Below, in pieces: positions 12,801 through 26,400 of a stretch of DNA of 64,000 bases (the first letter of the stretch is position 1; every line of letters begins with the position of its first letter). The stretch is from Centroscyllium fabricii (taxonomy: Eukaryota), in the NCBI GenBank assembly GCA_051313645.2, contig JBNRSN020000089.1, forward strand, positions 2,914,001 through 2,978,000, read 5' to 3'. The position numbers were made by a program, and so were the translations under genes. The notes beneath the pieces are model-generated. The model searched no databases, was not told where the DNA came from, and saw only the letters and a program-made list of their open reading frames with translations.

Positions 12801-15800
12801 GAACAATACATCAGACAATATCCATCTGATAACAATACTTCAGTCAATGTCCATCTGTGTACAATACATCAGACAATATCCACCTCTGTACAATACATCA
12901 GAAAATGTTCATCTGTGTATAATACATCAGACAATATCCACTTGTGTACAAAACATCGGAAAATGTCCATCTGTGTACAATATATCAGACAATATCCATC
13001 TGTGTACAATACATCAGACATTATCCATCTGTGAACAATACATCAGACATTATCCATCTGTGTACAATACATCAGACATTGTCCATCTGTGAACAATACA
13101 TCAGACATTATCCATCTGTGTACAATACGTCTGACAATATCCATCTGTGTACAATACATGAGAAAATATCCATCTGTGTGCAATCCATCAGACAATATCC
13201 ATCTGTGTACAATACATCAGGGAATGTCCATCTGTGTACAGTACATCAGACATTATCCATCTGTGAACAATACTTCAGACAATGTCCATCTGTGTACAAT
13301 ACATCAGACGATATCCATCTGTGTACAATACATCAGACAATGTCGATCTGTGAACAAAACATCAGACAATGTCCATCTGTGGACAATACATCAGACAATG
13401 TCGATCTGTGTACAATACGTCAGACAATATGCTTCTGTGTACAATACATCAGACAATGTCCATCTGTGTACAATACATCAGACAATGTCCATCTGTGAAC
13501 CATACATCAGACAATATCCATCTGTGTACAATACATCAGACAATATCCATCTGTGTACAATACATCAGACAATGTCCATCTGTGAACTATACATCAGCCA
13601 ATGTCCAACTGTGTACAATACATCAGACATTGTCCATCTGTGTACAATACATCAGATATTATCCATCTGTGTACAATACATCAGAAAATGCCCATCAGTG
13701 TACAATGCATCAGACAATGTCCATCTGTGAACAATACATCAGACAATATCCATCTGTGTACAATATATCAGACAATATCCATCTGTGTACAATACATCAG
13801 AAAATGTCCAATCGTGTACAATACATCAGACAATATCCATCTGTGTACAATACATCAGCCATTATCCATCTGTGAACAATAGAGCAGACATTATCCATCT
13901 GTGTACAATACCTCGGACATTGTCCATCAGTGAACAATACACCAGACATTATCCATCTGTGTACAATACATCAGACAATATCTTTCTGTGTACTATAAAT
14001 CAGACAATGTCCATCTGTGTACAATCAATCATACAATATCCATCTGTGTACAATACGTCAGAGAACGTCCATCTGTGTAGAGTATATCAGACAATATCCA
14101 TCTGTGAACAATACATCGGACAATGTCCATCTGTGTACAATACATCAGAAAATATCCAGCTGTGTAGAATACATCAGACAATGTCCATCTGTGAGCAATA
14201 CATCAGACAAGGTCCATCTGTGTACAATACACCAGACAATGTGCATCTGTGTACAATACATCAGACAATATGCAACTGTGTACAATACATCAGACAATGT
14301 CCATCTGTGTACAATACATCAGACAATGTCCATCTGTGAACAATACATCAGACAATATCCATCTGATAACAATACTTCAGACAAGGTCCATCTGTGTACA
14401 ATACATCAGACAATGTCCATCTGTGTACAATACATCAGACAAATGTCCATCTGTGTACAATACATCAGACAATATCCATCTGTGAACAATACATCAGACA
14501 GTATCCATCTGTGAAAAATACATCAGACAATATCCATCTTTGTACAATACATCAGAAAATGTCCATCTCTGAACAAAATATCAGAGAATATCCATCTGTG
14601 TACAATACATCAGACAAATGTCCATCTGTGTACAATACATCAGACAATATCCATCAGTGTACAACACATCAGACAATTTCCATCTGTGTACAATACATCA
14701 GACAATATCCATCTGTGAACTATATATCAGAAAATGTCCATCTGTGCACAATACATAAGACATTATCAATCTGGGTACAATACATCTGACATTAATCATC
14801 TGTGTAGAATACATCAGACAATATCCATCTCTGTATAATGCATCAGAAAATGTCCATCTGTGTACCATACATCAGACATTATCCATCTGTGAACAATACA
14901 TCAGACAATATCCATCTGTGTACAATAAATCAGACAATATCCATCTGTGTACAATACATCAGAAAATGTCCGTCTGTGTACAATACATCAGACAATATCC
15001 ATCTCTGTACAATACATCAGATATTATCCATCTGTGAACAATACATCGGACATTATCCATCTGTGTACAATACATCAGACATTTTCCATCTGTGAACAAT
15101 ATATCAGACATTATCCATCAGTGTACAATACATCAGACAATATCCATCTGTGTACAATACACCAGAGAATGTCCAACTGTGAACAATACATCAGACAATA
15201 CCCATCTGTGTACAATACATCAGAAAATGTCCATCTGTGAACAATACAAAAGACAATATCCATCTGTCTACAATACATCAGACATTATCCATCTGTGTAC
15301 AATACATGAGAAAATGTCCATCTGTGTTCAATCCATCAGATAATATCCATCTGTGTACAATATATCAGAAAATGTCCATATGTGTACAGTACATCAGACA
15401 TTATCCATCTGTGAACAATACTTCAGACAATGTCCATCTGTGTACAATACATCAGACAATATCCATCTGTGTACAATACATCAGACAATGTCCATCTGTG
15501 AACAATACATCAGACAATGTCCATCTGTGGTCAATACATCAGACAATGTCGATCTGTGTACAATACATCAGACAATATGCGTCTGTTTACAACACATCAG
15601 ACATTGTCCATCTGTGTACAATACTTCAGACAATGTCCATCTGTGAACAATATATCAGACAATATTCATCTGTGTACAATACATCAGACAATGTCCATCT
15701 GTGTACAATACATCAGACAATGTCAATCTGTGATCAATACATCAGACAATGTCCCTCTGTGTACAATACATCAGGGAATGTCCATCTGTGTACAGTACAT

Positions 15801-18800
15801 CAGACATTATTCATCTGTGAACAATACTTCAGACAATGTCCATCTGTGTACAATACATCAGACAATATCCATCTTTGTACAATACATCAGACAATGTCCA
15901 TCTGTGAACAATACATCAGACAATGTCCATCTGTGGACAATACATCAGACAATGTCGATCTGTGTACAATACGTCAGACAATATGCACCTGTGTACAATA
16001 CATCAGACAATGTCCATCTGTGTACAAAACATCAGAAAATGTCCATCTGTGAACCATACATCAGACAATATCCATCTGTGTACAATACATCAGACAATGT
16101 CCATCTGTGTACAATACATCAGACAATGTCCATCTTTGAACAATACAGCAGACAATGTCCAACTGTGTACAATACATCAGACATTGTACATCTGTGTACA
16201 ATACATCAGATATTATCCATCTGTGTACAATACATCAGAAAATGTCCATCTGTGTACAATGCATCAGACAATGTCCATCTGAGAACAATACATCAGACAA
16301 TATCCATCTGTGTACAATACATCAGACAATATCCATCTGTGTACCATACATCAGAAAATGTCCATCCGTATACAATACATCAGACAATATCCATCTGTGT
16401 ACAATACATCAGCCATTATCCATCTGTGAACTATAGAGCAGACATTATCCATCTGTGTACAATACATCGGACATTGTCCATCTGTGAACAATACACCAGA
16501 CATTATGCATCTGTGTACAAAACCTCAGACAATATCCATCTGTGTACTATAAATCAGACAATGTCCATCTGTGTACAATCCATCAGACAATATCCATCTG
16601 TGTACAGAACGTCAGAGAACGTCCATCTGTGTAGAGTACATCAGACAATATCCATCTGTGAACAATACATCGGACAATGCCCATCTGTGGACAATACATC
16701 AGACAATGTCGATCTGTGTACAATATGTCAGACAATATGCATCTGTGTACAATACATCAGACAATGTACATCTGTGTACAATACATCAGACAATGTCCAT
16801 CTGTGAACCATACATCAGACAATATCCATCTGTGTAGAGTACATCAGACAATATCCAGCTGTGTAGAATACATCAGGCAATGTCAATCTGTGAGCAATAC
16901 ATCAGACAATGTCCATCTGTGTACAATACATCAGACAATGTCCATATGTGTACAATACATCAGACAATATGCAACTGTGTACAATACATCAGACAATATC
17001 CATCTGTGTACAATACATCAAACAATGTCCATCTGTGAACAATATATCAGAAAATATCCATCTGTGTACAATACTTCAGACAATGTCCATCTGTGTACAA
17101 TACATCAGCCAATGTCTATCTGTGTACAATACATCAGACAAATGTCCATCTGTGTACAATACATCAGACAATATCCATCTGTGAACAATACATCAGACAG
17201 TTTCCATCTGTGAACAATACATCAGACAATATCCATCTTTGTACAATACATCAGAAAATGTCCATCTCTGAACAATATATCAGACAATATCCATCTGTGT
17301 ACAATACATCAGACAAATGTACATCTGTGTACAATATATCAGACAATATTCATCAGTGTACAATACATCAGACAATTTCCATCTGTGTACAATTCATCAG
17401 ACAATATCCATCTGTGAACAATATATCAGAAAATGTCCATCTGTGCACAATACATAAGACATTATCAATCTGGGTACAATACATCTGATATTATCCATCT
17501 GTGTAGAATACATCAGACAATATCCATCTCTGTATAATACATCAGAAAATGTCCATCTGTGTACCATATATCAGACATTATCCATCTGTGAACAATACAT
17601 CAGACAATATCCATCTGTGTACAATAAATCAGACAATATCCATCTGTGTACAATACATCAGAAAATGTCCATTTGTGTACAATATATCAGACAATATCAA
17701 TCTGTGTACAATACATCAGACATTATTCATCTGTGTACAATACATCAGACATTTTCCATCTGTGAACAATACATCAGATATTATCCATCTGTGTACAATA
17801 CATCAGACAATATCCATCTGTGTATAATACACCAGAGAATGTCCATCTGTGAACAAATCATCAGACAATGTCCATCTGTGTACAATATATCAGAAAATGT
17901 CCATCTGTGAACAATACATAAGACATTATCCATCTGTCTACAATATATCAGACAATATCCATCTGTGTACAATACATGAGAAAATGTCCATCTGTGTGCA
18001 ATCCATCAGGCAATATCCATCTGTGTACAATACATCAGAGAATGTCCATCTTTGTACAGTACATCAGACATTATCCATCTGTGAACAATACTTCAGACAA
18101 TGTCCATCTGTGTACAATACATCTGACAATATCCATCTGTGTACCATACATCAGACAATGTCCATCTGTGAACAATACATCAGACAATGTCCATCTGTGG
18201 ACAATACATCAGACAATGTCGGTCTGTGTACAATACATCAGACAATATGCTTCTGTGTACAATACATCAGACAATATGCAACTGTGTACAATACATCAGA
18301 CAATGTCCATCTGTGTACAATACATCAGAAAATGTCCATCTGTGAACAATACATCAGACAATATCCATCTGATAACAATACTTCAGACAATGTCCATCTG
18401 TGTACAATACATCAGACAATGTCCATCTGTGTACAATACATCAGACAAATGTCCATCTGTGTACAATATATCAGACAATATCCATCTGTGAACAATAGAT
18501 CAGACAGTTTCCATCTGTGAACAATACATCAGACAATATCCATCTTTGTACAATACATCAGAAAATGTCCATCTCTGAACAATATATCAGAGAATATCCA
18601 TCTGTGTACAATACATCAGACAAATGTCCATCTGTGTACAATACATCAGACAATATCCATCAGTGTACAATAAATCAGATAATTTCCATCTGTGTACAAT
18701 ACATCAGACAATATCCATCAGTGTACAACACATCAGACATTGTCCATCTGTGTACAATATTTCAGACAATATCCATCTGTGTACAATATATCAGACAATA

Positions 18801-20306
18801 TCCATCTGTGTACAATACATCAGAAAATGTCCAACCGTGTACAATACATCAGACAATATCCATCTGTGTACAATACATCAGCCATTATCCATCTGTGAAC
18901 AATAGAGCAGACATTATCCATCTGTGTACAATACCTCGGACATTGTCCATCAGTGAACAATACACCAGACATTATCCATCTGTGTACAATACATCAGACA
19001 ATATCCATCTGTGTACTATAATTCAGAAAATGTCCATCGGTGTACAATCAATCAGACAATATCCATCTGTGTACAATACGTCAGAGAACGTCCATCTGTG
19101 TAGAGTATATCAGACAATATCCATCTGTGAACAATACATCGGACAATGTCCATCTGTGTACAATACATCAGAAAATATCCAGCTGTGTAGAATACATCAG
19201 AAAATGTCCATCTGTGAGCAATACATCAGACAATGTCCATCTGTGTACAATACACCAGACAATGTGCATCTGTGTACAATACATCAGACAATATGCAACT
19301 GTGTACAATACATCAGACAATGTCCATCTGTGTACAATACATCAGACAATGTCCATCTGTGAACAATACATCAGACAATATCCATCTGATAACTATACTT
19401 CAGACAATGTCCATCTGTGTACAATACATCAGACAATGTCCATCTGTGTACAATACATCAGACAAATGTCCATCTGTGTACAATACATCAGACAATATCC
19501 ATCTGTGAACAATACATCAGACAGTTTCCATCTGTGAACAATACATCAGACAATATCCATCTTTGTACAATACATCAGAAAATGTCCATCTCTGAACAAT
19601 ATATCAGAGAATATCCATCTGTGTACAATACATCAGACAAATGTCCATCTGTGTACAATACATCAGACAATATCCATCAGTGTACAATACATCAGAAAAT
19701 TTCCATCTGTGTACAATACATCAGACAATATCCATCTGTGAACTATATATCAGAAAATGTCCATCTGTGCACAATACATAACACATTATCAATCTGGGTA
19801 CAATACATCTGACATTAATCATCTGTGTAGAATACATCAGACAATATCCATCTCTGTATAATGCATCAGAAAATGTCCATCTGTGTACCATGTATCAGAC
19901 ATTATCCATCTGTGAACAATACATCAGACAATATCCATCTGTGTACCATAAATCAGACAATATCCATCTGTGTGCAATACATCAGAAAATGTCTGTCTGT
20001 GTACAATACATCAGACAATATCCATCTCTGTACAATACATCAGATATTTTCCATCTGTGAACAATACATCGGACATTATCCATCTGTGTACAATACATCA
20101 GACATTTTCCAACTGTGAACAATATATCAGACATTATCCATCAGTGTACAATACATCAGACAATATCCATCTGTGAACAATACACCAGAGAATGTCCAAC
20201 TGTGAACAATACATCAGACAATACCCATCTGTGTACAATACATCAGAAAATGTCCATCTGTGAACAATACATAACACATTATCCATCTCTCTACAATACT
20301 TCAGAC
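6897..20306 (+). repeat. 29-bp satellite array, segment 3
   Basis: Same monomer and orientation, with occasional 30-bp (GACAAATGTCC) monomers. Confidence 0.99.
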
Positions 20307-22754
20307 TTTTATAGACCACCAAATAGCAACAGGGAGGTGGAGGAGGAAATTGCGCGACAAATAAAGGAAAGATGTGAGGGACAGAGGGTAGTTATAATGG
20401 GAGATTTGAATTTCCCTAATATAGACTGGAATCTGGGTAGGTCAAGGAGTGCAGAGGTTGAGATTTTCTTACAATGCGTACAGGAAGGTTTCCTGACACA
20501 ATACGTGGAGGAACCAACAAAGGGGGGTGCAACGTTGGACCTGGTTCTGGGAAATGAACCAGGCCAAGTGGTAGAACTGGGGGTAAGGGAGCACTTTGGG
20601 GACAGTGACCACAACTCGGTGACGTTCACAATAGTAATGGAGAAGGATAGGAGCAAGAGGCAGGGCAAGGTATACAGCTGGGGGAGGGGAAATTACGACA
20701 GGGTTAGGCACGATTTAGGTAACACCAATTGGGAACGGGAACTTGAGGGGAGAGGAACGGAAGAAAAATGGAGAGTGTTCAGGGAGCAAATTATGAAAGC
20801 CCTGGACAAGCATGTCCCGAGTAGGATGGGAAGAAAGGGTAAGATGAGAGAACCATGGATCACGAAAGAGGTAGAACAATTAGTAAAAAGGAAGAAGGAA
20901 GCATATGATAAAATGAGAAAACAGAGTACAGAGGGGGCGGGAAGGGAGTACAAAGAAGCAAGGAAAAAACTGAAGAATGGGCTAAGGAAGGCAAAGGGAG
21001 GGCATGAGAAGGCATTAGCGGGAAGGATAAGGGAGAACCCCAAGGCTTTCTATGCTTACGTAAGAAATAAAAGGATGACTAGGGTAAAAGTAGGGCCGAT
21101 CAAAGACAGCAAGGGAGAAATGTGCACGGAGCCAGAGGAAATTGGGGAAGCACTAAATGAATATTTTGCATCCGTGTTCACAAGGGAGAGCGAACTAAAA
21201 GTAGAGGGGGAGTTCAAGATACAAGGGGAAAAGATGGGGGAAGTAAATATTCAGAGGGGGGAGGTATTAGAAATTTTGGAGAAACTAAAGGTAGACAAAT
21301 CTCCTGGGCCGGACGGGATTTATCCAAGGATTCTCTGGGAGGCGAGGGAAGAAATCGCAGAGCCACTGACCTCTATCTTTAGATCATCGCTATCCTCGGG
21401 GATAGTCCCTAAGGACTGGAGAGAGGCGAATGTGGCTCCCATATTTAAAAAGGGGAGCAGGGACGCGCCAGGGAACTACAGACCAGTCAGTCTCACCTCA
21501 GTGGTCGGAAAGGTGATGGAAAGGGTCCTGAAGGACAGGATCTACGACCATCTAGACAGGGGCAAATTAATCAGAAGCAGTCAGCACGGATTCGTTAAGG
21601 GCAAATCGTGCCTGACCAACCTGATAGAATTCTTTGAAGAGGTGACCAGGAGTGTGGACGAGGGAAAGGCGGTTGATGTCATATACATGGACTTCAGCAA
21701 GGCGTTCGACAAGGTCCCGCACGGTCGACTTATGAGGAAAGTAAGGAGATGCGGGGTAAGCAACAAAGTGGTGGGATGGATTGAGAACTGGCTGGCTCAA
21801 AGGAAGCAGAGGGTAGTGGTAGAAGGCCAATACTCGGGCTGGAGACCGGTCACAAGTGGGGTACCACAGGGGTCGGTGTTGGGGCCACTACTGTTTGTAA
21901 TCTTCATCAATGACTTGGAGGAGGGGACTGAGGGGTGGGTCAGCAAGTTTGCGGACGACACAAAGATAGGGGGAGAAGTGGACGAGGAGGAAGGAGGTAG
22001 AAAGATTCAGAGGGATATAGACAGGATGCAGAGCTGGGCTGAAGAATGGCAGATGGAGTTCAACACGGGGAAATGCGAGGTGATGCACTTCGGCAGGGCA
22101 AATAGGAAGAGGGAATATAGGGTCAATGGCAGAATCCTGAGTGAAGCAGAGGAGCAAAGGGATCTGGGAGTATATGTACACAGATCACTGAAGGCTGCCA
22201 CCCAGGTGGACAAAGCAGTGAAAAAGGCCTATGGGGTATTGGCCTTCATCAACAGGGGAATAGAGTTTAAGAACCGGGAGGTCATGCTGCAGCTGTACAG
22301 GTCACTGGTGAGGCCGCACGTGGAGTACTGTGTGCAGTTCTGGGCACCGTACTACAGGAGAGATGTGGAGGCGCTGGAGAGGGTGCAGAGGAGATTCACC
22401 AGGATGCTGCCGGGAATGGGAGGAAGGTCATACGAGGAGAGGTTGAGGGAGCTGGGTCTCTTCTCCCTGGAACGGAGAAGGAAGAGGGGGGACTTGATAG
22501 AGATGTTCAAAATGATGAAGGGGATCGATAGAGTAAACGTGCAAAGACTGTTTCCCCGGGCGGGAAGAACGTCAACAAGAGGACACGAGCACAAGATTCA
22601 AGGAGGAAGATTCAGAAGGGATGGCAGGGGCAGGTTCTTTACACAGAGAGCGGTCGGGGAATGGAATAGGCTACCATCTGAAATAGTGGATGCGGACAGT
22701 CTGGGTGCTTTTAAAAGGATGATAGACAGGTACATGGAGGGGAAGGAACAGTAG
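20307..22754 (+). CDS. LINE ORF2 (C-terminal part of APE endonuclease plus reverse transcriptase), 815 aa, N-terminally truncated
   Basis: APE motifs YRPP, MGDLNFP, LDLVL and SDH. RT motifs KSPGPDG, NYRPVSLTS, QHGF, YMDFSKAFDKVPH, GVPQGSVLGP, FADD and DLGV. CR1-type C-terminus EYCVQFW...FFTQRAVGEWNRLP. No internal stop or frameshift. The first 64 aa of the tracked ORF (20115-20306) are satellite-derived. Confidence 0.93.
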   Translation, partial: FYRPPNSNREVEEEIARQIKERCEGQRVVIMGDLNFPNIDWNLGRSRSAEVEIFLQCVQEGFLTQYVEEPTKGGATLDLVLGNEPGQVVELGVREHFGDSDHNSVTFTIVMEKDRSKRQGKVYSWGRGNYDRVRHDLGNTNWERELEGRGTEEKWRVFREQIMKALDKHVPSRMGRKGKMREPWITKEVEQLVKRKKEAYDKMRKQSTEGAGREYKEARKKLKNGLRKAKGGHEKALAGRIRENPKAFYAYVRNKRMTRVKVGPIKDSKGEMCTEPEEIGEALNEYFASVFTRESELKVEGEFKIQGEKMGEVNIQRGEVLEILEKLKVDKSPGPDGIYPRILWEAREEIAEPLTSIFRSSLSSGIVPKDWREANVAPIFKKGSRDAPGNYRPVSLTSVVGKVMERVLKDRIYDHLDRGKLIRSSQHGFVKGKSCLTNLIEFFEEVTRSVDEGKAVDVIYMDFSKAFDKVPHGRLMRKVRRCGVSNKVVGWIENWLAQRKQRVVVEGQYSGWRPVTSGVPQGSVLGPLLFVIFINDLEEGTEGWVSKFADDTKIGGEVDEEEGGRKIQRDIDRMQSWAEEWQMEFNTGKCEVMHFGRANRKREYRVNGRILSEAEEQRDLGVYVHRSLKAATQVDKAVKKAYGVLAFINRGIEFKNREVMLQLYRSLVRPHVEYCVQFWAPYYRRDVEALERVQRRFTRMLPGMGGRSYEERLRELGLFSLERRRKRGDLIEMFKMMKGIDRVNVQRLFPRAGRTSTRGHEHKIQGGRFRRDGRGRFFTQRAVGEWNRLPSEIVDADSLGAFKRMIDRYMEGKEQ

Positions 22755-22787
22755 GGGGGAAAGGAAAAATCAGAGATGGACTAAGGG

Positions 22788-22855
22788 CGGCACTACATTG
22801 AGGGCCCAAGGGCCTGTACAGTGCTGTATGTTCTATGTTCTATGTTCTATGTTCT
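22788..22855 (+). other. LINE 3'-terminal stem-loop and heptamer tail (subfamily B)
   Basis: CGGCACT (22788-22794) pairs with AGTGCTG (22820-22826, one G-U). Inner stem-loop is GGCC-CAAG-GGCC (22803-22814). Tail is (TATGTTC)4. Confidence 0.82.
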
Positions 22856-23439
22856 ATTATCCATCTGTGTACAATACATGAGAAAATGTCCATCTGTGTT
22901 CAATCCATCAGACAATATCCATCTGTGTACAATATATCAGAAAATGTCCATATGTGTACAGTACATCTGACATTATCCATCTGTGAACAATACTTCAGAC
23001 AATGTCCATCTGTGTACAATACATCAGACAATATCCATCTGTGTACAATACATCAGACAATGTCCATCTGTGAACAATACATCAGACAATGTCCATCTGT
23101 GGACAATACATCAGACAATGTCGATCTGTGTACAATACATCAGACAATATGCGTCTGTGTACAACACATCAGACATTGTCCATCTGTGTACAATACTTCA
23201 GACAATGTCCATCTGTGAACAATATATCAGACAATATTCATCTGTGTACAATACATCAGACAATGTCCATCTGTGTACAATACATCAGACAATGTCAATC
23301 TGTGATCAATACATCAGACAATGTCCCTCTGTGTACAATACATCAGGGAATGTCCATCTGTGTACAGTACATCAGACATTATCCATTTGTGAACAATACT
23401 TCAGACAATGTCCATCTGTGTACAATACATCAGACAATA

Positions 23440-26400
23440 TTCATCTTTGTACAATACATCAGACAATGTCCATCTGTGAACAATACATCAGACAATGTCC
23501 ATCTGTGGACAATACATCAGACAATGTCGATCTGTGTACAATACGTCAGACAATATGCATCTGTGTACAATACATCAGACAATGTCCATCTGTGTACAAA
23601 ACATCAGAAAATGTCCATCTGTGAACCATACGTCAGACAATATCCATCTGTGTACAATACATCAGACAATGTCAATCTGTGTACAATATATCAGACAATG
23701 TCCATCTTTGAACAAAACAGCAGACAATGTCCAACTGTGTACAATACATCAGACATTGTCCATCTGTGTACAATACATCAGATATTATCCATCTGTGTAC
23801 AATACATCAGAAAATGTCCATCTGTGTGCAATGCATCAGACAATGTCCATCTGAGAACAATACATCAGACAATATCCATCTGTGTACAATACATCAGACA
23901 ATATCCATCTGTGTACAATACATCAGAAAATGTCCATCCGTATACAATACATCAGACAATATCCATCTGTGTACAATACATCAGCCATTATCCATCTGTG
24001 AACTATAGAGCAGACATTATCCATCTGTGTACAATACATCGGACATTGTCCATCTGTGAACAATACACCAGACATTATGCATCTGTGTACAATACCTCAG
24101 ACAATATCCATCTGTGTATTATAAATCAGACAATGTCCATCTGTGTACAATCCATCAGACAATATCCATCTGTGTACAGTACGTCAGAGAACGTCCATCT
24201 GTGTAGAGTACATCAGACAATATCCATCTGTGAACAATACATCGGACAATGCCCATCTGTGGACAATACATCAGACAATGTCGATCTGTGTACAATACGT
24301 CAGACAATATGCATCTGTGTACAATACATCAGACAATGTCCATCTGTGTACAATACATCAGACAATGTCCATCTGTGAACCATACATCAGACAATATCCA
24401 ACTGTGTAGAGTACATCAGACAATATCCAGCTGTGTAGAATACATCAGGCAATGTCAATCTGTGAGCAATACATCAGACAATGTCCATCTGTGTACAATA
24501 CATCAGACAATATCCATCTGTGTACAATACATCAAACAATGTCCATCTGTGAACAATATATCAGAAAATATCCATCTGTGTACATTTCTTCAGACAATGT
24601 CCACCTGTGTACAATACATCAGACAATGTCCATCTGTGTACAATACATCAGACAAATGTCCATCTGTGTACAATACATCAGACAATATCCATCTGTGAAC
24701 AATACATCAGGCAGTTTCCATCTCTGAACAATACATCAGACAATATCCATCTTAGTACATTACATCAGAAAATGTCCATCTCTGAACAATATATCAGACA
24801 ATATCCATCTGTGTACAATACATCAGACAAATGTCCATCTGTGTACAATATATCAGACAATATCCATCAGTGTACAATACATCAGACAATTTCCATCTGT
24901 GTACAATACATCAGACAATATCCATCTGCGAACAATATATCAGAAAATGTCCATCTGTGCACAATACATAAGACATTATCAATCTGGGTACAATACATCT
25001 GATATTATCCATCTGTGTAGAGTACACCAGACAATATCCATCTCTGTATAATACATCAGAAAATGTCCATCTGTGTACCATATATCAGACATTATCCATC
25101 TGTGAACAATACGTCAGACAATATCCATCTGTGTACAATAAATCAGACAATATCCATCTGTGTACAATACATCAGAAAATGTCCATCTGTGTGCAATATA
25201 TCAGACAATATCCATCTGTGTACAATACATCAGACATTATCCATCTGTGAACAATACATCGGACATTATTCATCTGCGTACAATACATCAGACATTTTCC
25301 ATCTGTGAACAATACATCAGACATTATCCATCTGTGTACAATACATCAGACAATATCCATCTGTGTACAATACACCAGAGAATGTCCATCTGTGAACAAT
25401 ACATCAGACAATATCCATCTGTGTACAATACATCAGAAAATGTCCATCTTTGAACAATACATAAGACATTATCCCTCTGTCTACAATATATCAGACAATA
25501 TCCATCTGTGTACAATACATGAGAAAATGTCCATCTGTGTGCAATCCATCTGGCAATATCCATCTGTGTACAATACATCAGAGAATGTCCATCTGTGTAC
25601 AGTACATCAGACATTATCCATCTGTGAACAATACTTCAGACAATGTCCATCTGTGTACAATACATCAGACAATATCCATCTGTGTACCATACATCAGACA
25701 ATGTCCATCTGTGAACAATACATCAGACAATGCCCATCTGTGGACAATACATCAGACAATGTCGATCTGTGTACAATATATCAGACAATATGCTTCTGTG
25801 TACAATACATCAGACAATATGCAACTGTGTACAATACATCAGACAATATCCATCTGTGTACAATACATCAGACAATGTCCATCTGTGAACAATACATCAG
25901 ACAATATCCATCTTTGTACAATACATCAGAAAATGTCCATCTCTGAACAATATATCAGACAATATCCATCTGTGTACAATACATCAGACAAATGTCCATC
26001 TGTGTACAATATATCAGACAATATCCATCAGTGTACAATACATCAGACAATTTCCATCTGTGTACAATACATCAGACAATATCCATCTGTGAACAATATA
26101 TCAGAAAATGTCCATCTGTGCACAATACATAAGACATTATCAATCTGGGTACAATACATCCGATATTATCCATCTGTGTAGAATACACCAGACAATATCC
26201 ATCTCTGTATAATACATCAGAAAATGTCCATCTGTGTACCATATATCAGACATTATCCATCTGTGAACAATACATCAGACAATATCCATCTGTGTACAAT
26301 AAATCAGACAATATCCATCTGTGTACAATACATCAGAAAATGTCCATCTGTGTACAATATATCAGACAATATCCATCTTTGTACAATACATCAGACAATG

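Larger units (their letters stand above)
20307..22855 (+). mobile_element. CR1-clade LINE, subfamily B, 5'-truncated, 2549 bp
   Basis: Abrupt switch to purine-rich non-repetitive sequence after TCAGAC (20306). Contains ORF2 with endonuclease and RT motifs, a 3' stem-loop and a (TATGTTC)4 tail at 22827-22854. Satellite resumes at ATTATCC (22856). Empty homologous sites are at 15283/15284 and 30925/30926. Confidence 0.97.

Noticed and set aside
20115-20306. N-terminal 64 aa as a genuine part of ORF2
   Set aside because: It is plain satellite sequence starting at a GTG and is homologous to uninterrupted blocks at 15092 and 30734.
20309-22594. Minus-strand ORFs within the LINEs (also 1524-1841 and 6452-6769)
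   Set aside because: These are antisense shadows of the purine-rich ORF2, giving low-complexity Leu/Ser/Pro/Phe sequence with no recognisable domain.
20115-22754. RT as a retron, DGR, group II intron, telomerase or RT-plus-repeat-array defence system
   Set aside because: The APE endonuclease remnant, CR1-type C-terminus, 3' hairpin and tail, 5' truncation and empty target sites all identify an ordinary non-LTR retrotransposon. The satellite monomer is not found inside the element, so nothing shows that this RT templates the array.
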